From positions 1,650,001 through 1,682,000 of the forward strand of contig NC_006138.1 of NCBI RefSeq assembly GCF_000025945.1: a DNA stretch of 32,000 bases, written 5' to 3'. Positions within the stretch are counted from its first letter, which is position 1. Every line of letters begins with the position of its first letter. Of this stretch, positions 25,708 through 32,000 are shown piece by piece. The position numbers were made by a program, and so were the translations under genes. The notes under the pieces are model-generated. The model was not told the origin of the DNA, did no database searches, and saw only the letters and a list, made by a program, of their open reading frames with translations. The stretch comes from Desulfotalea psychrophila LSv54 (lineage in GTDB: Bacteria; Desulfobacterota; Desulfobulbia; Desulfobulbales; Desulfocapsaceae).

Positions 25708-26976
25708 ATGAAACTGTATCACAAAATAATGATTGGCTTAGTTCTTGGTGTAATTGCCGGTCTGATTCTTGGAGAAAAAGCCGAATACTTAAAGCCTATC
25801 GGTGATATCTTCATTCGTTGCCTTCGTTTAATAGTTGTGCCCCTGATTCTTTCAACTCTTATTACAGGTGTTGTCAGCACTGGAAATATTAAAAATCTAG
25901 GAAAAACAGGAATTAGTACTCTGGTGTACTTCATGGTGACAACCACCTTGGCTGTTTGTATTGGATTACTTATTGCAAATATCTTTCAACCTGGAGCAGG
26001 ACTTTCCCTTGGTGAACTTAAAGTTTTTAAAGTTCCCGATACGCCCGGGCCTGCCCAGATGATCGTCGGCATGTTTCCACTAAACCCGATGGAGGCTCTT
26101 GCAAAAGGCAATGTCCTGCAGATCATAATTTTTGCATTACTCTTTGGAGCCGGACTCTCCATGGCCGGCGACAAAGGTAAACCCATTGCTGATTTTTTCC
26201 AAAGTCTTGCGGAAGTAATGTTCAAAGTTTCTGATCTCGTTATTAGCTTTGCTCCATATGGTGTCTTTGCTCTTATTGCATGGACAACCGGAAAATTCGG
26301 GCTGGATATATTGATGCCAATGGGGAAACTCATTATGTGTACTCTTCTTGCCGCTTTCGTACATATTATTGTATCTTATACCCTAATTGTGGCAACTGTC
26401 GCACGTATTTCTCCTTTAGCTTTCCTGAAAAAGACGATGGAGCCAGCGCTGGTAGGTTTGTCGACCTGTAGTGCCGCCGCCGCGTTCCCGTTTTCCATGC
26501 GTGCACAAAAACAGCTGGGTGTTTCACCAAAAGTCTCAGGGTTTACACTGCCCATGGCGCTTACCATAAATATGGACGGAACAGCCCTGTACCAGGCGGT
26601 TGCAGCTATGTTTATCGCTAATGCTTATGGAATTGATCTGTCATTGACCCAGCAGGGAACAATTGTGGCAACGGCAGTTTTAGCATCGGTTGGAACTGCG
26701 AGTATTCCAGGTGGGGGATTGATTATGCTGACCATGGTGCTCCAGTCGGTTGGTTTACCTCTTGAGGGGATTGCTATTGTTGCCGGAATTGATCGAATTT
26801 TGGATATGTTCCGCACAACAACTAATATCTTCGGTGATAACTCTGCCGGTGTCGTAGTTGCGTCTTTAGTAGGTGAGTTAGATCGTGAAATAGCAAACAC
26901 CCCTCTCGATGAATTGGAGCAAGGCAGTGGCGTTCACCTAGACAGTGACGGTCATATTGTTGACGAATTGGGATAA
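25708..26976 (+). CDS. Dicarboxylate/amino acid:cation symporter (DAACS, GltP/DctA/SstT-like)
   Basis: A 422-aa protein with typical DAACS motifs (SSAAxLP-like STCSAAAAFP, TINMDGTALYQ, DRxxDMxRT as DRILDMFRTTTN). A GGAGGA RBS lies 8 nt upstream. Confidence 0.9.
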   Translation: MKLYHKIMIGLVLGVIAGLILGEKAEYLKPIGDIFIRCLRLIVVPLILSTLITGVVSTGNIKNLGKTGISTLVYFMVTTTLAVCIGLLIANIFQPGAGLSLGELKVFKVPDTPGPAQMIVGMFPLNPMEALAKGNVLQIIIFALLFGAGLSMAGDKGKPIADFFQSLAEVMFKVSDLVISFAPYGVFALIAWTTGKFGLDILMPMGKLIMCTLLAAFVHIIVSYTLIVATVARISPLAFLKKTMEPALVGLSTCSAAAAFPFSMRAQKQLGVSPKVSGFTLPMALTINMDGTALYQAVAAMFIANAYGIDLSLTQQGTIVATAVLASVGTASIPGGGLIMLTMVLQSVGLPLEGIAIVAGIDRILDMFRTTTNIFGDNSAGVVVASLVGELDREIANTPLDELEQGSGVHLDSDGHIVDELG

Positions 26977-27038
26977 CTTTCCTACCTTACCATCATGAAC
27001 AGTTCAAGGTAGGACATTCTTCGTTTTGTATTCTGTAA

Positions 27039-27066
27039 GGCCTCCTAACTTAGGAGGCCTTTTGTT
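27039..27066 (+). terminator. Intrinsic terminator after the DAACS gene
   Basis: GGCCTCC / GGAGGCC is a 7-bp stem with a 7-nt loop, followed by TTTTGTT. Confidence 0.7.
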
Positions 27067-27734
27067 CGTAACGATATATTGCAGTTTCGGCGAGTGAATG
27101 CTGATGATACCCCGGTACTTTGCTTCCAATCCTCTAGCGCCCCTTTTCGAAGAGCTTTCACGGCGTTGTTGCGCGGATGTCCCTCTTTCCAAAATCCAGC
27201 ATTTTCTCGTGGGGGATGGGCCGACACCCTTGTTTGCAATAATCTCATAAGATTTTGTTCTGTTATAAACGACATATGCTTGAATTTGCTTTATTTTTTG
27301 TCGTAACGGATTGACCAAAGCCCCGAGCACTTCAGAATCATGAATCGTATCTAAAGATACTTCCGTGCTGATTATCTGATGCGTTTCAGTATTTACCGTC
27401 ACATGAAGTTTACGTCAAATCCTGTGTTTCTCTGCATCATGTTCTTCACTTGCCCTCGCAAAGACAGACTGAGCACGGATTTTAGCATTAGACTATCGCA
27501 ACAATTATCACTGTCATCTTTCGTTCTCTCCGCCCAGATTGCTCAGCCTTGTATCAACTTTTGGTGACACCCTCTTCTACTCAGAACGTTAACGCTGTTG
27601 CTTCAAAGCTCTGTTGTATTTAGGCTAATTTGTGGTCTTTTTTATGTTCTTCCCTATGCATCTTTCAGTGTTTTCTAAATGTTACAGAAAACACCATTGG
27701 TCAACCTGAGCAAGATATTTGTTTAACAACGCCC
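27067..27734 (-). mobile_element. Truncated, degraded second copy of the IS903-group element (one IR retained)
   Basis: The reverse-complement IR at 27717-27734 reads GGGCGTTGTTAAACAAAT. Transposase fragments include SAHPPRENAGFWKEGHPRNNAVKALRKGALEDWK and GYHQHSLAETAIYRY. The far end is missing and coding stops at about 27067. Confidence 0.7.
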
Positions 27735-27825
27735 TGTTGCACTTATTGTACTAAGCCAGCTCTGAAAAGTGCCATTTTTCATATTTTAATATCTTGACAA
27801 ATAAAAAATAATACGGTAACTCTGT

Positions 27826-27849
27826 ATGTCGAATGTCGACATTTGACAT
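27826..27849. promoter_or_regulatory. Candidate GntR-type operator (site 3, most complete) upstream of ridA copy 2, downstream of a TTGACA box (27794-27799)
   Basis: ATGTCGAATGTCGACATTTGACAT is a 24-bp palindrome, 22/24 self-complementary, centred on ATGTCGACAT (27833-27842). Confidence 0.6.
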
Positions 27850-27891
27850 AGGTTGTTTAAACGTCTTTCATCAAACTTTGGAGTTATGTAA

Positions 27892-28287
27892 GTGGCAACT
27901 ATGATTGAAAAAAAGATTATTGAGACAGAGGCTGCTCCAGCAGCAGTAGCAGCGTATTCACAGGCTGTGCAAGCGGGGAATTTATTATTTACCTCAGGGC
28001 AGTTACCCCTTGATCCTTCATCGGGGAAAATAGTTACCGGGGATATTTTTGCCCAGGCTCATCAGGCGATAAAAAACCTTATTGCCATTGTTGAAGCTGC
28101 AGGAAGTAGCATCAATGATGTCATAAAAGTAACTGTTTATCTTGCAGACATTAAAGATTCTGCAGCAGTGAACGAAGTCTATACCCACTATTTTTTTCAG
28201 CCCTATCCAGCTCGTAGTGCCTTTCAAGTAGCGGCACTCCCTCTGGCTGCAGGTCTGGAGATTGAAGCAATAGTAATTGTTAAATAA
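27892..28287 (+). CDS. ridA: RidA-family reactive enamine/imine deaminase (copy 2)
   Basis: Differs from copy 1 at 6 of 131 residues. The motifs are the same. Confidence 0.9.
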   Translation: MATMIEKKIIETEAAPAAVAAYSQAVQAGNLLFTSGQLPLDPSSGKIVTGDIFAQAHQAIKNLIAIVEAAGSSINDVIKVTVYLADIKDSAAVNEVYTHYFFQPYPARSAFQVAALPLAAGLEIEAIVIVK

Positions 28288-28312
28288 ATTTTTCATAAAG
28301 GATAAAAAAATC

Positions 28313-29311
28313 ATGAATCTCACACAATTCCCAAGAAGAAATTATCTCCAAGGACCTACTCCTATTGAAGCTGCACCAAGGTTTTCTAAGGCCCTGGGTG
28401 GTAAGGTAAATGTTTTTATTAAGCGTGATGATCTGTTGCCTGGTTGTGCTGGTGGTAATAAGACTAGAAAATTAGATTTTTGTATTGCTGATGCGATAGA
28501 GAAGGGCGCTGATACGATTATTACCTGTGGTGCTGTTCAGTCTAATCACTGCCGTTTGACCCTTTCTTGGGCAGTTAAGGAAGAGATGGATTGTCATCTT
28601 ATACTTGAAGAGCGTGTTCCTGGAAGCTATAAAAAAGATGGTTCCGGTAACAACTTTCTTTTCAATCTGATGGGCGTAAAGAGCACTCAGGTTGTTTCTG
28701 GTGGTTCCGATATGATGGGTGAGATGGAAAAGCTTGCCAAGGAGCTTGAGGCTCAGGGCAAAAAACCTTATATCATTCCAGGCGGAGCCTCTAATGCTAT
28801 TGGAGCAACCGGTTATGTTGCCTGTGCCCAGGAAATTCAGCAACAGCTTTTTGAGCAAAACATTAATATAACTGATATAGTTGTCCCGAGTGGTAGTGCC
28901 GGTACCCATGCTGGTGTTGCCGTTGGTATGTACGGAATTAATTCGGGTATTACAGTAAGTGGTATCAATGTAAGTAAGCCTAAGGCTGTCCAGGAAGAGA
29001 ATGTTTATAAATTGGCCAAGGAAACTGCAAAAAGAGTAGGTGTCCGCGGAGAGTTTCCACGCGATGAGATAACCTGTTTTGATGGCTATGTCGGTGCAGG
29101 GTATTCGTTGCCCACCGATTCAATGGTTGAGGCTGTAAAGCTTCTTGCTCGAACTGAGGCAATCCTGCTTGATCCTGTTTATTCCGGCAAGGTTATGGCT
29201 GGTATGATCGACCTTATTCGAAACGATTATTTTGCCCCGGGGGCAAATGTTTTATTTCTGCATACCGGTGGATCTCCCGCCCTCTATGCATATACCGACA
29301 CGTTTAAGTAA
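28313..29311 (+). CDS. PLP-dependent deaminase/lyase of the D-cysteine desulfhydrase / ACC deaminase / cysteate sulfo-lyase family (copy 2)
   Basis: Differs from copy 1 at 14 of 332 residues. The GGNKTRKLDF motif is the same. Confidence 0.88.
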   Translation: MNLTQFPRRNYLQGPTPIEAAPRFSKALGGKVNVFIKRDDLLPGCAGGNKTRKLDFCIADAIEKGADTIITCGAVQSNHCRLTLSWAVKEEMDCHLILEERVPGSYKKDGSGNNFLFNLMGVKSTQVVSGGSDMMGEMEKLAKELEAQGKKPYIIPGGASNAIGATGYVACAQEIQQQLFEQNINITDIVVPSGSAGTHAGVAVGMYGINSGITVSGINVSKPKAVQEENVYKLAKETAKRVGVRGEFPRDEITCFDGYVGAGYSLPTDSMVEAVKLLARTEAILLDPVYSGKVMAGMIDLIRNDYFAPGANVLFLHTGGSPALYAYTDTFK

Positions 29312-29320
29312 GCATAAAAA

Positions 29321-29361
29321 ACCTTCTACTGCTCTAAAAGAGCAGTAGAAGGTTTTTTTTT
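29321..29361 (+). terminator. Strong intrinsic terminator after deaminase copy 2
   Basis: ACCTTCTACTGCTC / GAGCAGTAGAAGGT is a perfect 14-bp stem with a 5-nt loop, followed by T9. Confidence 0.85.
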
Positions 29362-29414
29362 ATTTATGATGGTTGTTGTTAAACCATATACTTCACTAAG
29401 TAGGAGAACAGAGA

Positions 29415-30410
29415 ATGAATTTTTTCAAAAAGCTCGTAGCAACTGCTGTACTTAGTCTATGTTTTGGTGTCACAGGCGCTGTTGCCGGCCCCACGGTTAT
29501 TAAACTCGCGCATCCCAATTTACCCCAGCATCCCATGGGGCAAGCATTCATTAAGTTTAAAGCCCTGGTAGAAGAGAGAACAAACGGTGAGTTTCGAGTA
29601 GATATTTTCGATAGCTCCAAGTTTGGTAATTTCGATAGTGTTGTTCAAGGATTACAGCTTAATATGCTCCAGATGGGGTCAGCTGCAACACCAAATCTTT
29701 CACCTTTTTCCGATGAATTCCTTATCTTTGATCTTCCCTTTCTTTTCCCAAGTTATGAGGCGGCAGATAAGATCACCGATGGCCCCATCGGTATGAATGC
29801 AACCAAGGCGCTGGAACCAAGTGGTATTATCGGTCTTGGCTATATCGAGATTGGTTTTCGTAATCTTTGGAATAACAAGCGTGCTGTGACAACCCTTGAA
29901 GATGCAAAAGGCTTGAAAATTCGCTCTACTCCTTCTAAGGCCCACATCGGGACTCTTAAGGCCCTTGGTATGAATCCAACTCCAATTTCATGGGGTGAGG
30001 TTTATACTGCCCTGCAACAAAAGACTGTTGATGGAATTGATATTGATTTGAACCTTGCGTGGCATAATAACTTCCCAGAAGTTAACAACCATTTGACTAT
30101 CGTGAACAGCCTGTATAGTCCTCATCTCGTGATGATCTCTAAACGCTTTCTTGATAGCTTAAACCCTGAAAACAGAGAGATTATTCTCTCTAGCTTTCAA
30201 GAGGCGAAGTTGTATGAGCGTAAGTTGATTCGTGATGGCGAAGCAGAAATTCTTGCTCAGCTTGAAGGGAAGGGCGTGACCGTAACTACTCTTTCTCCCG
30301 AAGAACGTCAGCGTTGGGCAGAGAAGACTGCAGTTGTTTATGAGCAGTTTCAGGATCGCATTGGTAAAGACCTCATCGAACAGGCAAGAGCCACCATGGC
30401 TGTAAAGTAG
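29415..30410 (+). CDS. TRAP transporter substrate-binding protein (DctP type)
   Basis: It has a signal peptide (ATAVLSLCFGVTGAVAG) and is 331 aa. DctP-family features are present, including the conserved Arg context (GLKIRS). An AGGAGA RBS is present. Confidence 0.9.
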   Translation: MNFFKKLVATAVLSLCFGVTGAVAGPTVIKLAHPNLPQHPMGQAFIKFKALVEERTNGEFRVDIFDSSKFGNFDSVVQGLQLNMLQMGSAATPNLSPFSDEFLIFDLPFLFPSYEAADKITDGPIGMNATKALEPSGIIGLGYIEIGFRNLWNNKRAVTTLEDAKGLKIRSTPSKAHIGTLKALGMNPTPISWGEVYTALQQKTVDGIDIDLNLAWHNNFPEVNNHLTIVNSLYSPHLVMISKRFLDSLNPENREIILSSFQEAKLYERKLIRDGEAEILAQLEGKGVTVTTLSPEERQRWAEKTAVVYEQFQDRIGKDLIEQARATMAVK

Positions 30411-30424
30411 AGGTATTTGAAAAC

Positions 30425-30460
30425 AAATAACCAAACAGATAGGTATTTGTTTGGTTATTT
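30425..30460 (+). other. Intercistronic stem-loop between the TRAP binding-protein and permease genes
   Basis: Perfect 13-bp inverted repeat AAATAACCAAACA / TGTTTGGTTATTT with a 10-nt loop. It is AT-rich with no long U-tract. Confidence 0.5.
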
Positions 30461-30481
30461 TATAGAAGTGGAGATCTTTGT

Positions 30482-30988
30482 ATGGGAATAATACCAAAAT
30501 CCAAAATACCTAATATTGAAATGCTGATTTCTTCTGGTGCTCTGGTGGTAATGACAGTTATTACCGTTGTCCAGGTTTTCAATCGATATGTGTTGCAAAA
30601 TTCACTTGATTGGTCGGAAGAACTTGCTCGTTATCTTTTTATTTGGGCAGTGTATGTTGGTTGTAGTTATGCTGTCTATAAAGATAGGCATCTTGAAGTA
30701 ACGATTCTTCGAACAATTTGTAACGGGAAGTTCGCTCGATCCTTAACACTCCTTTCTCTCACTCTCAATCTATTATTTTGTATCTTTGTTACAGTCGTTG
30801 GAATTAAGTTTGTTTTATTTCTTGCAAGCACAGGACAAAAGACCCCTGCTTTGGAAATTAGCGCTTACTGGGTATATCTTTCCATGCCTTTCGGTTTTGG
30901 TATGATGGGCCTAAGAGTAATTGAGAGAATCTGGTGGATCATGACGGGTAAGATTGATCCTACAGCTGTAGACATAATCAAGGAGTAG
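30482..30988 (+). CDS. TRAP transporter small permease (DctQ type)
   Basis: A 168-aa protein with four TM segments and a WSEELARYLFIW motif typical of DctQ. Confidence 0.85.
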   Translation: MGIIPKSKIPNIEMLISSGALVVMTVITVVQVFNRYVLQNSLDWSEELARYLFIWAVYVGCSYAVYKDRHLEVTILRTICNGKFARSLTLLSLTLNLLFCIFVTVVGIKFVLFLASTGQKTPALEISAYWVYLSMPFGFGMMGLRVIERIWWIMTGKIDPTAVDIIKE

Positions 30989-30994
30989 TTATCC

Positions 30995-32000
30995 ATGGAC
31001 TTCACTATAATATCTATCTTTGTTTCATTAGCAATATTTCTCCTTGCCAGCGTACCCATCGGCATTGCTATTGGTATGAGTGTCATTGTGGGCATGACCT
31101 TTGGCGATATGCTGCCCTATGAATTTTTGATTCAAAAGATGGTGACATCATTAGATGTGTTTCCTCTTATGGCGGTACCTTTTTTCATAATGGCAGGCGA
31201 AGTTATGCAAAAGGGAAGCATGGCGCAACGATTACTGAATGTGTCTCGCGCATTGGTAGGACATTTAACAGGTGGTATGGCTCATATCTCCATACTGACA
31301 AGCATGTTTTACGGTTCTCTTTCTGGATCAGCCCCTGCAACGGTTGCGGCCGTCGGTGGAATTATGATTCCGGCGATGGAAAAGGAGAATTATAGCAAAT
31401 CTTTTGCCACGGCCGTTAATACGGCGGCTGGCTGTTTGGGGGTTATTATTCCTCCAAGTGTGCCACTTATTATTTACGGTACAACAGCAGGTGTTTCTGT
31501 TGGTGATCTTTTTATTGCAGGCGTTATTCCGGGCTTGTTTATTGGTCTTGCCCTGATGCTCTGTAGCTATGTTTTAGCAAAAAAATATGGTTTTACAGGT
31601 TCTGCGCAGCAGGCAACTATTGGTGAGATTTTAACGGCGGTTTTAGCCTCTCTTCCCGCCCTGATGGTTCCTATTATTGTTTTGGGCGGAATTTATGGTG
31701 GTTTTACGACACCTACGGAAGCTGGTGTTATTGCGGTTGTTTACGCACTTGTTGTTGAAGGCCTTTTCCTGCGGACCTTAAGTGTGAGCAAAGTTGTGGA
31801 GGTTTTCAAATCTACGGCGCTGACAACAGCCTCTATTTTTCTTGTTGTTGCAACGGCGACAGCCCTTGGGCAAATTTTACTTTTTTATAACCTTCCTAAC
31901 CAATTAGTAGAAATATTGAGTAATATTTCAGACAATAGATATGTTCTTATTGCGATAATACTCTTGTTTTTGATTGTGATGGGAACCTTTATGGATGCCC
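30995..32000 (+). CDS. TRAP transporter large permease (DctM type), 3' end outside the window
   Basis: It is not in the ORF track because it has no stop inside the window. My translation from the ATG at 30995 reads MDFTIISIFVSLAIFLL...FPLMAVPFFIMAGEVMQKGSMAQRLL...IIPPSVPLIIYG, which is typical DctM. AGGAG lies 9 nt upstream, overlapping the end of dctQ. Confidence 0.9.
   Translation, partial: MDFTIISIFVSLAIFLLASVPIGIAIGMSVIVGMTFGDMLPYEFLIQKMVTSLDVFPLMAVPFFIMAGEVMQKGSMAQRLLNVSRALVGHLTGGMAHISILTSMFYGSLSGSAPATVAAVGGIMIPAMEKENYSKSFATAVNTAAGCLGVIIPPSVPLIIYGTTAGVSVGDLFIAGVIPGLFIGLALMLCSYVLAKKYGFTGSAQQATIGEILTAVLASLPALMVPIIVLGGIYGGFTTPTEAGVIAVVYALVVEGLFLRTLSVSKVVEVFKSTALTTASIFLVVATATALGQILLFYNLPNQLVEILSNISDNRYVLIAIILLFLIVMGTFMDA

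Larger units (their letters stand above)
27783..29311 (+). repeat. Segmental duplication copy 2
   Basis: See copy 1. Confidence 0.9.

Overview
This 32-kb window is a chromosomal segment from a Gram-negative bacterium with roughly mid-40s %GC. Taxon cannot be fixed from the window. Gene content would fit a Desulfobacterota-like anaerobe, but that is a guess.

Layout:
- **1-8.6 kb, housekeeping core:** a Cys-rich CDS fragment, tatC and tatB (minus strand), then purA, rpoZ, dnaJ, moaC, a DksA/TraR zinc-finger protein, a divergent FolE2-like protein and glyS (plus strand).
- **8.7-14.9 kb, minus-strand signalling cluster:** a Cache-type sensor histidine kinase, three receiver-domain proteins with no recognisable DNA-binding output, a kinase-like protein lacking ATP-binding motifs, and a DASS/SLC13 anion transporter.
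- **15-22 kb:** about 0.8 kb with no credible ORF, a decayed DUF2238 gene, a GNAT acetyltransferase, an NCS2 purine permease, a candidate small RNA, a small orphan CDS, a MarR regulator translationally coupled to a His-rich metal transporter, and an MFS transporter.
- **22-32 kb, accessory-looking catabolic island:**
  - a GntR/FCD regulator;
  - two copies, about 95% identical, of a ridA plus PLP-dependent DcyD/ACC-deaminase-family operon;
  - a degraded IS903-group insertion sequence upstream of each copy;
  - the palindrome ATGTCGACAT upstream of each copy, and also upstream of the GntR gene;
  - a DAACS symporter after copy 1 and a TRAP transporter (P, Q and a truncated M subunit) after copy 2.

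No rRNA, tRNA or CRISPR array was seen. The two candidates for something new are the output-less multi-receiver phosphorelay cluster and the IS-associated duplicated deaminase island with its shared operator. All homology statements come from motif recognition by eye, not from database searches.
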